Below, one piece after another: positions 49,177 to 59,229 of a DNA stretch of 64,000 nt. Position 1 is the stretch's first letter. Each line of letters starts with the position of its first letter. The translations under genes and the position numbers were made by a program. Where the stretch lies: NCBI GenBank assembly GCA_045863335.1, contig BTVY01000027.1, forward strand, positions 1-64,000, given 5' to 3'. The stretch is from Candidatus Hydrogenedentota bacterium. GTDB taxonomy: Bacteria > Hydrogenedentota > Hydrogenedentia > Hydrogenedentales > SLHB01. Under the pieces are notes generated by a model. That model worked only from the letters and a program-made list of their open reading frames with translations. It had not been told where the DNA came from and ran no database searches.

Positions 49177-49188
49177 GGGGAAGTCCAT

Positions 49189-50925
49189 ATGGCACACATC
49201 CTGGTTGTAGAAGACGAAGCTGTTCTGCAATTGACTTTCAGCGAGTTCCTTTCTCAGAAAGGCCACGACGTGGCCAGCGCTTCGGATTACACCGAGGCGT
49301 TAGCCCACCTCGATGAGTCGGATTTCGACCTGGTCGTGACCGACATCATTCTCGCCGGCAAGACCGGCGTTGATCTCCTGCGCACCATTCGGGAGCGGGG
49401 CCTCCAGTGCCCGGTCGTCATGATCACGGGCGAGCCCAACGTGGAGACGGCGGCCGAGGCGGTGCGCCTGGGCGCCTTCGACTACCTGGCGAAACCCGTC
49501 ACGCGCGACGCACTTCAGCGCGTCGCGCGTCTCGCCCTCGAACAGAAGCGCATATCCGACGAGCGCGATCATTACGCGAAGCAGATGGAGATTTACCGCA
49601 GCGATCTCCAGGCCATCTTCAACAGCGTCACCGAAGGCATCATCACCGTCGACGCCGAAATGTGCGTGCGCCAGGTCAACTCCGCCGCGGCCCGCATCCT
49701 CGGTCTCGCGACCTGCGCCCTCAGCGGGAAGCCCTTCGGTTCCGTTCGCAAAGGCTTCGAGCGGGCGGAGGAAGCCTTGCAGGAGACCCTGCGTACCCGC
49801 GAGCCGGTCGTCGATCGCCGCATGCTGTTGCCCAACGGAGAAGACGAGAAGATCCTCGTGATCAATACCATGCCCTTGATCAGCGAGCGGGGCAGTTTCG
49901 CGGGCGCGGTGCTCATGATTCGCGACATGACGCGCCTGACCCGGCTGGAACGGCAGTTGGAAGACAGCCAGCAGTACCGCAACATGATCGGCAAAAGCGC
50001 GAAGATGCAGGATATCTTCCGGCTCATCCGCGAACTGGCCGAAACCGATACGACCGTTCTCGTAGTCGGGGAGAGCGGCACCGGTAAGGAACTCGTGGCC
50101 TCTGCCCTGCACCACGCCAGCCCCCGCGCGAAAGGGCCCTTCCTCCGCGTAAACTGCGCCGCCCTCTCCGAGGACATCCTTGAGAGCGAATTGTTCGGCC
50201 ACGTGAAAGGCGCGTTCACCGGGGCGGTGAAGGATCGCATCGGGCGCTTCGAAGCAGCCGACAACGGCACCATCCTGTTGGACGAGATCGGCGATATCTC
50301 TCCGCGGCTCCAGCTTCGGCTGCTTCGCGTCCTGCAGGAGCGCGAGTTCGAGCGGGTCGGCGCGTCGACCCCCATCCGGACCAATGTTCGCGTTATCGCA
50401 TCGACCAATCAGGACTTGGAGCGGAAGATCCGCGCCGGCGAGTTCCGGCAGGATCTGTATTACCGCCTGAACGTCGTACGCATTCACATCCCGCCGCTGC
50501 GCGAACGCAAGCAGGACATCCCTTTGCTCGTAGACCACTTTTGCCGCCGTTTCAACCGCAGCATCCGGCGAGAGGTCACCGGTGTCGCGCCGGATTCCAT
50601 GGAAGTGCTCCTGAACTATCCGTGGCCGGGGAATGTCCGCGAACTGGAAAACTGCATCGAGCGCGCCTTCGTCGTCTGTCACGATTCCCAAATCCAGCCC
50701 CGACATCTGCCGCCGGAGATCATCGATCGCGGCGTCGGCGCTGCGGGAACTGCCGGGGCATCGCAAGATGCCTATGCGGCGGCGACCTCTGAGCGTGAAC
50801 GGATTATCCACGTGCTCAAACAAACGGACTGGAACGTGGCGAAAGCGGCGCGGCTTCTGGGTATCGCGCGCAACACCTTGTACCAGCGCCTGAAGTCGTT
50901 GAACATTGATCGTCCCAACGTGTGA
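49189..50925 (+). CDS. Sigma54-dependent response regulator (REC-PAS-AAA+-Fis HTH)
   Basis: ILVVEDE..VVTDI receiver; PAS; GESGTGKE; ESELFGHVKGAFTGA; LDEIG; WPGNVREL; AARLLGIARNTLY. Confidence 0.96.
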   Translation: MAHILVVEDEAVLQLTFSEFLSQKGHDVASASDYTEALAHLDESDFDLVVTDIILAGKTGVDLLRTIRERGLQCPVVMITGEPNVETAAEAVRLGAFDYLAKPVTRDALQRVARLALEQKRISDERDHYAKQMEIYRSDLQAIFNSVTEGIITVDAEMCVRQVNSAAARILGLATCALSGKPFGSVRKGFERAEEALQETLRTREPVVDRRMLLPNGEDEKILVINTMPLISERGSFAGAVLMIRDMTRLTRLERQLEDSQQYRNMIGKSAKMQDIFRLIRELAETDTTVLVVGESGTGKELVASALHHASPRAKGPFLRVNCAALSEDILESELFGHVKGAFTGAVKDRIGRFEAADNGTILLDEIGDISPRLQLRLLRVLQEREFERVGASTPIRTNVRVIASTNQDLERKIRAGEFRQDLYYRLNVVRIHIPPLRERKQDIPLLVDHFCRRFNRSIRREVTGVAPDSMEVLLNYPWPGNVRELENCIERAFVVCHDSQIQPRHLPPEIIDRGVGAAGTAGASQDAYAAATSERERIIHVLKQTDWNVAKAARLLGIARNTLYQRLKSLNIDRPNV

Positions 50926-50934
50926 CGTGTCGGT

Positions 50935-51087
50935 TTGCGCAGAAGTGTCTTGCGCAATTCTGTTTTTAGGGGTTTCCGCACACTCGAAATGCATTTAATA
51001 GCCTTTGAAGTACTGATTTTAAGTTTCTATTTATCAGTTACTTAACGCTTGCCCTGCTCGCTCTCCATTTACGGCACGTCTTATGCT
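50935..51087 (+). promoter_or_regulatory. sigma54 promoter of pta-ackA with candidate enhancer and IHF-like site
   Basis: CGGCACGTCTTATGCT (GG 51073-74, GC 51085-86, N10); TATCAGTTACTTA (51032-51044); two TTGCGCA boxes at 50935-50957. Confidence 0.65.
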
Positions 51088-51167
51088 CCCTTTCATGCAA
51101 CATAACTGGTAACATCATGTTTGTTCGCAGTACCATCGCGGCAGCGCAGATAAGGGAGAGATAATTC

Positions 51168-52205
51168 GTGTTCTTGGACGATGTGTCACGCAGAGCCCAG
51201 GAGAATCCTGGTCGTATTATTTTGCCCGAGGCGGAAGACGAACGGACCCTGCGCGCCGCGACGGCGATTGAGGAACGGGGGATCGGAAAAGTCTGTCTGG
51301 TCGGTAACGAAGACACGATTGCGGGGGTAGCCTGTCAGGCGGGCGTCAGAATCAGTGCCGAGATCATCGACCCCTCACGATCCGGCCATCTGGACGGGTT
51401 TGCCGCAAGGTACTACGAGCTGAGAAAAGCCAAGGGCGTCGCCGAGGCCGACGCCCGCACCGCGGTGCTCGAACCGATTACCTTTGGAATGATGATGCTC
51501 GACGCGGGACTCGGCGACGGGCTCGTCGCAGGCGCATGCCACTCCACCGCAGCGACGCTACGTCCCGCCCTCCAGATCCTGCGGACCGCACCGGGTGTGT
51601 CTATGGTGTCGAGCTTCTTCTTCATGTCCTTTCCCGATACGACCTACTTGTTTGCGGACAGCGGACTGGTCGAGAACCCCGACGCCGAGCAACTCGCGGA
51701 GATCGCCCTGTGTACCGCGGAGAGCGCGATGGGTTTCGGAATCGATCCCCTCGTCGCCATGTTGTCGTATTCAACGAAGGGTTCCGCGCACAGTCCGCTC
51801 ACCGAAAAAGTGGTGGAGGCAACCCGGATCGCCCAGGAACGGGCGATTGCGCGCTTTGGCGCGGACAGCCCGGTGCGAATCGACGGCGAATTGCAGGGCG
51901 ACGCCGCACTCGTTCATACTGTCGGTCAACGAAAATCCCCCGGCAGCGAGGTCGCGGGTAAGGCGAAAGTTCTCATTTTCCCCGATCTTAACTCCGGCAA
52001 TATTGCCTACAAACTAGTGGAACGCCTGGGAGGCGCCAGCGCCTATGGCCCTATCGTGCAGGGTCTGCGCCTCCCCGTAAACGATTTGTCCCGGGGATGT
52101 TCCTGGGAGGATATCGTGGGCGTTGCCGCTGTTACCACCGTCCAATGGCAAATACGCAGGTCCGCCATGGAAGGTAGCCAGAGCAAGTCACCTGCGTTGC
52201 AGTAA
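51168..52205 (+). CDS. pta: Phosphate acetyltransferase
   Basis: IILPEAEDERTL, TLRPALQI, VSSFF, AMLSYSTKGS, DGELQGDAA, GNIAYK, NDLSRGCS. Confidence 0.96.
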   Translation: MFLDDVSRRAQENPGRIILPEAEDERTLRAATAIEERGIGKVCLVGNEDTIAGVACQAGVRISAEIIDPSRSGHLDGFAARYYELRKAKGVAEADARTAVLEPITFGMMMLDAGLGDGLVAGACHSTAATLRPALQILRTAPGVSMVSSFFFMSFPDTTYLFADSGLVENPDAEQLAEIALCTAESAMGFGIDPLVAMLSYSTKGSAHSPLTEKVVEATRIAQERAIARFGADSPVRIDGELQGDAALVHTVGQRKSPGSEVAGKAKVLIFPDLNSGNIAYKLVERLGGASAYGPIVQGLRLPVNDLSRGCSWEDIVGVAAVTTVQWQIRRSAMEGSQSKSPALQ

Positions 52206-52214
52206 AGGCATACC

Positions 52215-53468
52215 ATGAAGGTATTGATTCTCAACAGCGGATCCTCCTCCGTGAAGTTCAAGGTCATCGAACTCGGTGAACAGGAACGTACGCTGGCCAA
52301 GGGCCAGGTCGAACGGGTCGGGCAGAAGAACGCCGATCTCAAGTGCGACTGCTGTTTGGTCCACGATCCGTCCTGTGCCGCAAGCCTCGTCGGCGCGCCC
52401 GGAAAATTGGATGTGCCCGACCACGATCGCGCCATCGATATGATTTGCCGGCTGTTGCAGAGCGACCGTTGCGGCATCGTTGACGACCTGTCGGAGATTG
52501 CCGGCATCGGGCATCGCGTGGTGCATGGCGGTGAGTTGTTTTCGAACTCGGTCCTGATCAACGCAGAAGTGATCGAGGGCATCGAGCGTTGCGCCAAGTT
52601 GGCGCCCTTGCACAACCCGCCGGCCTTGGCAGGGATTCGCGCCTGCCTTAAAGTCTTTGGCGAAGGAACGCCGCAGGTCGCCGTGTTCGATACGGCCTTC
52701 CACCGCACAATTCCGGAGAAGGCGTTCCGCTATGGCGTTCCGAATGAGCTGTATACCGAACACGGAATTCGCAAATACGGGTTCCATGGCACCTCGCACC
52801 GTTACGTCTCGCGAGAAGCCGCGAAGCTACTGAAGCGCCCAATTGAAGAAACGAAGATCATCTCCTGCCACCTCGGCAACGGCAGCAGCATCACCGCGGT
52901 TCTCGGCGGCAAGTCCATCGATACGACGATGGGGTTGACGCCGCTCGCAGGCGTCATCATGGGAACGCGCCCCGGAGATTTGGACCCCTATATCCCCATC
53001 TTCATGATCAAGGAACTGGGCATGTCCGCGGAGGAAGTGGATACCGTCCTGAATAAGCGTAGCGGGTTTGAAGGCATCTGCCACCATCACGACGTGCGCG
53101 AGATCGAGGCGCTCATGCAGCAAGGCAACCGCGAGTGCGCGCTGGCGTTGGATATGTTCGCCTACCGCACCTCCCGTTTCATCGGCGGCTCCGCCATGGC
53201 CCTGAACGGGGTCGATGCCATCGTCTTCACCGGCGGCATCGGCGAGCACGACGCCTACATGCGCGAGCGCATCCTGCAAAACGCCGGCCACCTCGGTGTC
53301 AAGATCGACACCGAGCGCAATCTCCGCAACGATCGAATTATCACGACCGACGATTCAAAAGTCGCCGTCATGGTCATTCCGACCGACGAGGAACTCATCA
53401 TCGCCCGCGATACCGCGTGGGAGGTCCGGCGTTTGCGCGAAGAGGCCGAAGCGGCCGTGTCCTCGTAG
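52215..53468 (+). CDS. ackA: Acetate kinase
   Basis: [56 protein letters not shown]. Confidence 0.97.
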   Translation: MKVLILNSGSSSVKFKVIELGEQERTLAKGQVERVGQKNADLKCDCCLVHDPSCAASLVGAPGKLDVPDHDRAIDMICRLLQSDRCGIVDDLSEIAGIGHRVVHGGELFSNSVLINAEVIEGIERCAKLAPLHNPPALAGIRACLKVFGEGTPQVAVFDTAFHRTIPEKAFRYGVPNELYTEHGIRKYGFHGTSHRYVSREAAKLLKRPIEETKIISCHLGNGSSITAVLGGKSIDTTMGLTPLAGVIMGTRPGDLDPYIPIFMIKELGMSAEEVDTVLNKRSGFEGICHHHDVREIEALMQQGNRECALALDMFAYRTSRFIGGSAMALNGVDAIVFTGGIGEHDAYMRERILQNAGHLGVKIDTERNLRNDRIITTDDSKVAVMVIPTDEELIIARDTAWEVRRLREEAEAAVSS

Positions 53469-53580
53469 GGCGCCGTCCAATCCAGCCGGCGATCAGTTCA
53501 GCCTGTATGGCACCCCCTGTTTCGTTTATGATACGGCACTTCTATGCGCGTTCAACGGTGAGCATAACCAAGGGATAGCG

Positions 53581-54171
53581 ATGTCAATCCGCAAGCGGGA
53601 CAATCCAATCGACCTGTTCAACGAGTGGTTCGAAGACGCCAAGGGGTGTGGGTTTCGCGAACCCACGGCGGTCTGTCTTTCCACGGCGGACGCCACCGGC
53701 ATGCCGTCGTCGCGCATGATTCTGTTCAAGAAAGTCGACGACGCCGGGTTCGTCTTCTACACGAACCTCGGGAGTATGAAGGCCAAGGAGCTGCGCGAGA
53801 ATCCCCGCGCCGCCTTGTGCTTCTACTGGATGCCCATTGGCAAGCAGGTGCGCGTGCAGGGCGATGTTGAACCGGTCAGCTGTGAGGAAGCCGATGCCTA
53901 CTTCGCCTCGCGCGACCGGCAAAGCCAGATTGGCGCGTGGGCGAGCAAACAATCGCAACCGCTGGAAGGGTACTTCGAACTGGAACGCCGCGCGGCCGAG
54001 TACGCCATCAAGTTCGGTGTGTCGAAAGTGCCCCGGCCCGACTTTTGGTCCGGCTACCGCATTCGCCCCTTCCGCATGGAGTTCTGGCAAGAAAAGCCGT
54101 TCCGCCTGCACGAACGCCTCGTCTACACCCGCACAGAAACCGGGTGGGACACGCAGTGGCTGTTCCCCTGA
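53581..54171 (+). CDS. pdxH: Pyridoxine/pyridoxamine 5'-phosphate oxidase
   Basis: [42 protein letters not shown]....RLHER. Confidence 0.95.
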   Translation: MSIRKRDNPIDLFNEWFEDAKGCGFREPTAVCLSTADATGMPSSRMILFKKVDDAGFVFYTNLGSMKAKELRENPRAALCFYWMPIGKQVRVQGDVEPVSCEEADAYFASRDRQSQIGAWASKQSQPLEGYFELERRAAEYAIKFGVSKVPRPDFWSGYRIRPFRMEFWQEKPFRLHERLVYTRTETGWDTQWLFP

Positions 54172-54179
54172 TCTGCCGA

Positions 54180-55850
54180 CTATCCGTACGGATCGCCGCC
54201 GCCGCCAGTTTCCGCGGGCGGCGCATCGTAGAGGGTGAATCCCGACAGGATGGGCTGGTTGTTGGGATGGCGCGTTTCGTTCGCGCTCGTCACCCGTATC
54301 GCGGGCTGATCGCGGAACACGCACTTCGCCTCGCAGATCCCGCAACCGATGCAACGCTCGGGATCGACGCGGGGTTGTTTTAATACGCGGACTGAGCCGT
54401 CCCGCATCTTCACTTCCGCCTCGATGAAATGGATGGCCTTCGTCGGAATCGGGCAATGCTCTTCGCAGACCATGCACTCCCGACCATACGCGTAAGGCAA
54501 GCAGCGCGACGTGTCGAAGGTGGCAAGCCCGAGTTTCGTTGCTTGCTTCGTCTCCATGTCGAGCGGTTGAATGGCTTCCGTCGGGCAGATGGCGCCGCAG
54601 CGGTTGCATTCGTATTCGCAGTAGCCCACCTGCGCGATGAGCCGCGGCGTCCACAACCCTTCGATGCCCGTGTCGAATCCCGCCGGCTGGAGCCCGTTCG
54701 TCGGGCACACGCGCATGCACAAACCGCATCGCACACAGCGGGACAAGAACTCCGATTCCGCCAGGGCGCCCGGCGGCCGCACCAGATTCGGATCGAAGAC
54801 CTTTCCCTGCGCCACCGGCGAGAGACGGAGCGAAAGCAGCGTGCCCGCCCCCACGAGTCCCGCGGTCATGGCCGCGCGCCTGGACAGGTCCATGGAAGGC
54901 GCGGCTTCCCCGCGCAACGGGTTTTGCACTGCAAACGTTATGGCGTCCCAGTTGCACTTGGCGGTGCAGTTCAGGCAGAGGAAGCATTCGGAAGGACGCC
55001 ATTCGCCCGGCTTGTCCGGCGTTCCCGCGCCCTGGCAGTTTACGCGGCACAAGCCGCACTCCGTGCAGGTTTCGGCGCAGGTCTTCAGCCGCAGCCACGG
55101 ACGCCAAGCGGCGAGTCCCAGCAACGCGCCCAAGGGGCAAAGATACCGGCACCAAAACCGCTTGCGATAGAAGTTCAGACCAACGGTGGTCAGGAAGATC
55201 GCCGAAATCAGCACGCCGCCGTAGAAACTCTGGCGATTCGCGACAAAAACGTGATCCCGAAAGAACCGGTATACCGGCTCGGTCGCCATCGTGGCGTGAA
55301 CCGGGCCGAGGTGCGGATCATTTTGGTACACCGCGGTGGAACCGTCCTCGACGGCGACGCGAATGGCAGGACCAAAAACGGTAAACGTGGTGCGGTACAG
55401 GAGCGAGAAGGGGTCCAACAATCCGATCCAATTCGCGCCGAATACGGCGCCCACGAGCATGCCGATCAGGATGTAGTACTTCCACCGGTTCCAGGGGGAC
55501 CACTTTTCGCGCTGCACGAGGTCGAATGTGGAATCTTTGCGCAGCGCGCTGACGGTGGCATGAATTGAACCCAGCGGACAAATCCACCCGCAAAAGAACC
55601 GGCCGAACACGACCGTTAGCGCCATCGTGATTAGTCCGAGCAGCAGCAGCGCGGTGAACGCCCGCGAAGCGATGATGGTGGTCAGCATCACGAGCGGATC
55701 GAACAGGAAGAAGATCTCCGCGGTTTTGCTGGTTTCCTCGACAGAGCCTCGCGCGGCAACCACAACGGTCCACAGAAACACCGCAAAACAACCCCCCTGG
55801 ACGCTCCGGCGCAACCACCGAAGTACAAGCATCTTTTGCCGGGACGTCAC
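54180..55850 (-). CDS. Membrane polyferredoxin (NapH/MauN-like fused to NapG/MauM-like 4Fe-4S domain)
   Basis: GRFFCGWICPLG and RFWCRYLCPLG; multiple CxxCxxCxxxC; RPPGA; GTG start overlaps the DUF362 stop (GTGA). Confidence 0.9.
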   Translation of the reverse strand: MTSRQKMLVLRWLRRSVQGGCFAVFLWTVVVAARGSVEETSKTAEIFFLFDPLVMLTTIIASRAFTALLLLGLITMALTVVFGRFFCGWICPLGSIHATVSALRKDSTFDLVQREKWSPWNRWKYYILIGMLVGAVFGANWIGLLDPFSLLYRTTFTVFGPAIRVAVEDGSTAVYQNDPHLGPVHATMATEPVYRFFRDHVFVANRQSFYGGVLISAIFLTTVGLNFYRKRFWCRYLCPLGALLGLAAWRPWLRLKTCAETCTECGLCRVNCQGAGTPDKPGEWRPSECFLCLNCTAKCNWDAITFAVQNPLRGEAAPSMDLSRRAAMTAGLVGAGTLLSLRLSPVAQGKVFDPNLVRPPGALAESEFLSRCVRCGLCMRVCPTNGLQPAGFDTGIEGLWTPRLIAQVGYCEYECNRCGAICPTEAIQPLDMETKQATKLGLATFDTSRCLPYAYGRECMVCEEHCPIPTKAIHFIEAEVKMRDGSVRVLKQPRVDPERCIGCGICEAKCVFRDQPAIRVTSANETRHPNNQPILSGFTLYDAPPAETGGGGDPYG

Positions 55851-56785
55851 GCGACCGCGATCTCCTTCGGTATGAGCGAGCGGTAATCCAGGGTGCCCAA
55901 TCCGGCGGCATCGCCCGCGGCGACGGTCGCGATATCTTTGGGATCGTGGCCGAGCAGTTCTGCGCCGAAAGCGTCCAGCGCCACGATGTCCGTGCTCGCG
56001 ACCACCGTATCCTTGCGCTGCACGTCCGCCAGGTCGCCGCCCGTCGGCCCGTGGGCGGTGAGAATCCGTACGGCGTCCAGCACGCAGAGTTTGGGGCTCA
56101 TGAACCGGGTGATATCGCACAAGCAGGTCGGAATGTCCTGGTGGAAGACGTTTCGTTTGTCGACAACGCCCATGTAGTTTTTCATGGCCAGCGTCACCGT
56201 CGATATGCTGTGGTGCTTCGCAATCGGCACATTGATGACCAGGTCGGACTCCACAATCTCCGGGCAAACCTGCCACTTGTCCAATCGCGCGCCACCAATG
56301 GCGTATTCGCGAAAGCGACTCGGGTCGAGATACACCACCTCGGCGCCCGCCGCTTTGGCAGCCGCTTCGATGCCGCTTCGGGGATACGTCTTGCTCGCTT
56401 CGTTACAGGTAAAGTCTCCCACCCGCACTGTCTTGGCTCCCGCGTCGAAGCAGAGGCGAATGAGCGTGGCGACCACGTCGGGATTTGTATTGGCGGCTTG
56501 CTCCGGAGTGCGGTCCCAGGCCATGTTGGGCTTGATCCAGACGGAGTTCCCCGAACTCACAAAGCGGCCCATGCCGCCTATGGCCTCGATGGCCTGTTCG
56601 GTCAGCTTCACCGCCATGGGGCCAACGTCGGCTTCCGCGACTGGGGCGCCGTTCCACCGCGCGATGCTCATGGCCGCGGACGCAGCCTCCTGAGCGATGG
56701 CTGACCCCGCGACCGGCGCGGCCGCCGCGGCCGTTCCCGCGAATGCCGCCTGCTTCAAGAAACTCCGACGAGACTGGTTCCGCAT
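55847..56785 (-). CDS. Tat-exported DUF362 family protein
   Basis: SRRSFLK twin-arginine signal; IKPNMAWD...AANTNP; NVPIAKHH; LAMKNYMG; DIVALDA. Confidence 0.9.
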   Translation of the reverse strand: MRNQSRRSFLKQAAFAGTAAAAAPVAGSAIAQEAASAAMSIARWNGAPVAEADVGPMAVKLTEQAIEAIGGMGRFVSSGNSVWIKPNMAWDRTPEQAANTNPDVVATLIRLCFDAGAKTVRVGDFTCNEASKTYPRSGIEAAAKAAGAEVVYLDPSRFREYAIGGARLDKWQVCPEIVESDLVINVPIAKHHSISTVTLAMKNYMGVVDKRNVFHQDIPTCLCDITRFMSPKLCVLDAVRILTAHGPTGGDLADVQRKDTVVASTDIVALDAFGAELLGHDPKDIATVAAGDAAGLGTLDYRSLIPKEIAVA

Positions 56786-56870
56786 GGTTCGTTGCCTCCC
56801 GTTCCAATGCCCCTTGGATAAGTTCTGTGGGTAGCGGTCTGCCTTGGACACAGCTAACCTTCTGCAAATA

Positions 56871-57006
56871 AGCATAGAACGTGCCATGGAAGCGCTGGTG
56901 GCGTTCTTTTGCAACGTATTGGAGTTAAAGGGGATGGGGAAGCGTGACCAACATGCCGGAAATAGACCCAGCAGATGGTGCGCAAAAGTGCGCAGCGCAC
57001 AAGTGC
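56871..57006 (-). promoter_or_regulatory. sigma54 promoter of the DUF362 operon with candidate enhancer
   Basis: Minus strand TGGCACGTTCTATGCT (56871-56886, GG-N10-GC); palindrome TGCGCA-AAAG-TGCGCA at 56979-56994. Confidence 0.7.
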
Positions 57007-57093
57007 ATTTGCTGAATCGTACTTCGCAAGACACAGAAAAACGGCCAGTGGAATCCCACTGGCCGATGGGTACGTCGAAATCTTCCTGAGTCT

Positions 57094-57510
57094 CTACCGC
57101 CGCGGCGTGAAATCGACGACGAGCGCCTCCTCGAGATAGGGGCCCACAAACTCGACGAACTTCTTGTGCTCGGGATGGGGGAGGTAGATATCCCGGCCTT
57201 CCGGCTCCGCGAAGGTCACGATGAAGACATTGGTGAACCCTTTGCTCAGGTTCTCCGTGCTCTCGTCCGTGCCCGCTTCGATGTCTTTGATGACGTCAAT
57301 GCGGTTCTTCAGATCCAGGAAGGCGTCTTCGACCGCCTGCACCTGATCCGGCGTGGTTCCTTCCTTGTACTTGAAGAGAACCACGTGACGAAATACATTT
57401 CCGTCCATTGCATCGCCCTCGTTGCTGCCATCGACAACGTTGCCCTTAATCGATATGCACCCGGCCGCGAGTAACAGGACCAGCCCGGGGATCAACACAC
57501 GCTTCAGCAT
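57094..57510 (-). CDS. Dabb family (stress-responsive A/B barrel) lipoprotein
   Basis: LAAGC lipobox; FRHVVLFKYK; GFTNVFIVTF; YLPHPEH. Confidence 0.9.
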   Translation of the reverse strand: MLKRVLIPGLVLLLAAGCISIKGNVVDGSNEGDAMDGNVFRHVVLFKYKEGTTPDQVQAVEDAFLDLKNRIDVIKDIEAGTDESTENLSKGFTNVFIVTFAEPEGRDIYLPHPEHKKFVEFVGPYLEEALVVDFTPRR

Positions 57511-57588
57511 AAGGCCTCCTTCCGCAATAACGATACCCCAACGGTAACGGGGGAGAGCCTATGCCAGCGTGTTCGCAAATTCAACTTC

Positions 57589-59229
57589 TCAAGGCGCCCG
57601 ACCCTCTTCAGGGCTGTCAGGCTGTGGCTCTGGGTCATCTGTGACTTCTTCAGCGGATTTTTCGACGGGTTCGGCGTCGGGCGTCTCGATGGAGGGCTCC
57701 TCCGGAGATGCCCATGGGCTTCCCATGATCCGTTCCAGTTCGGCGGCCGCAACCCGGAGGTCGCGGGCGGCGCTTAACTGTTCGAGCTGGAAGTCGAGGA
57801 GGGTCTGCACACTCTCCAGGACATCCAGAAAGTCCGCATCGACGCTGCCGCTGGCGTAGGTCGTCTGTACGGCCTCGTAGGTTTGCTGCGCTTGGGGAAT
57901 GAGCGTGGTTTCAAAAAGATTGTACCGGCGGCGTCCATCCTGCATTTCGAACAGGGCCATCTTCGCGGCCGATTCCAGGGCAATCACCCTTCGGTACTTC
58001 TCGTGTTCCGCCGCGGACTCCATGTGCTTCGCCTCGGCGATGGCGGCGTCGATGCGTTTCCGCCAGATCGGAATGTTCATGTTCACCGAGAACATCACCT
58101 CGTCCTGACGCTTGGCATTGTCGAAGGCGCTTTCGACGTCCGCCAGACGATTGACGCTCATCAGACCGCCCAACGTATCCGGCCGGATCTGGCGACTGAC
58201 GTTTCGCGCTCCCGAGACTAACGTGCCAATCTGCTGCAAATAGGGATCGTTTGGATTCGGCGCCTCAGGCAAATCCACCCGCACCGGGGTCGTCCAGGTC
58301 CGGAACGAATCGAGCATTTCCAGGAACGGTCCTGTCCGGGATGGATTGCGTGCATCCTTCATGTCGAGGTATTCCAGCGACACCGTGAAATTGGGGTAGC
58401 GCGTCTTCTTGGCCAGCTCGACGTCTTTCGACATGCTGTCGATCAACCGGTCCGACTCGGCCAGTGCCGGATTTGCCACGCGGAGCCGCGCGAGCACGAT
58501 CGGCGCGGGAGGCGCTTCCGGCGGCAGCGGGATGGATTGCGGCCACGGCGGATCTTCCGCCGCTTCCCGGCCGATGGCCGCATTGAGTTGTGCCGCCAAC
58601 GCAGGCCGGTACTGCATGAGCCCGTCGTAGCGGTCCTGCAACTTCGATTGCTCGATTTGAATGCGAAGCAGATCCTCCTGGCGGCTCATACCGAGACCGA
58701 ATCGCGAGTTCACAATGTCCTCGGTGTACGTCAGGATCTCGACTTGCGATTCGGTAACCCGAATGCTCTCGGCGAGGAAGGCGTAGTCGAAATAGGCCTT
58801 CTTGACCTCGGCGAACACCTCGTTACGTGCCGCATACAACCTTTCCAGGGCTGCGTCCGCCGCCAACCGCGCCTTGTCGCCACGGGTCTTGAGCGTGCCA
58901 AACCACGGGAACGACTGGGCCAGCATGGCGCGATAGCGGCTATCGTCGGATCGCAGGAAGTACGTGAACCCAAACATGGGGTCTTCGAGCGACGTCGCCT
59001 GGGGCACGCGCTCCAGCGCTGCCAGCCATTCTTCGTGCAGCGCCTTCAACATGGGATGGCGGTCGCCGGCTTCAAGCAGGTATTCGCGGAGTTCGTCGTT
59101 TGCCGCGTAGAACTCCGGCGGCGCCACTTCAGACGCCGACGCGATCGCGCCTATAGCCAGAACAATCGCCGCCGCACCCGCTACCCCGGCAAACGAGCGA
59201 TGCGTTTTTCGATGAACGTTCATGCTCAA
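57589..59229 (-). CDS. TolC family outer-membrane efflux protein
   Basis: Signal peptide; Q.FPWFG.L; EVKKAYFDY; NIPIWRK; LIPQAQQT; DFLDVLE; last gene of the RND operon. Confidence 0.88.
   Translation of the reverse strand: MSMNVHRKTHRSFAGVAGAAAIVLAIGAIASASEVAPPEFYAANDELREYLLEAGDRHPMLKALHEEWLAALERVPQATSLEDPMFGFTYFLRSDDSRYRAMLAQSFPWFGTLKTRGDKARLAADAALERLYAARNEVFAEVKKAYFDYAFLAESIRVTESQVEILTYTEDIVNSRFGLGMSRQEDLLRIQIEQSKLQDRYDGLMQYRPALAAQLNAAIGREAAEDPPWPQSIPLPPEAPPAPIVLARLRVANPALAESDRLIDSMSKDVELAKKTRYPNFTVSLEYLDMKDARNPSRTGPFLEMLDSFRTWTTPVRVDLPEAPNPNDPYLQQIGTLVSGARNVSRQIRPDTLGGLMSVNRLADVESAFDNAKRQDEVMFSVNMNIPIWRKRIDAAIAEAKHMESAAEHEKYRRVIALESAAKMALFEMQDGRRRYNLFETTLIPQAQQTYEAVQTTYASGSVDADFLDVLESVQTLLDFQLEQLSAARDLRVAAAELERIMGSPWASPEEPSIETPDAEPVEKSAEEVTDDPEPQPDSPEEGRAP

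Noticed and set aside
55851-56276. N-terminal extension of the polyferredoxin ORF
   Set aside because: Overlaps DUF362 in another frame with low-complexity Arg/Gly sequence; the GTGA overlap at 55847-55850 gives a better start
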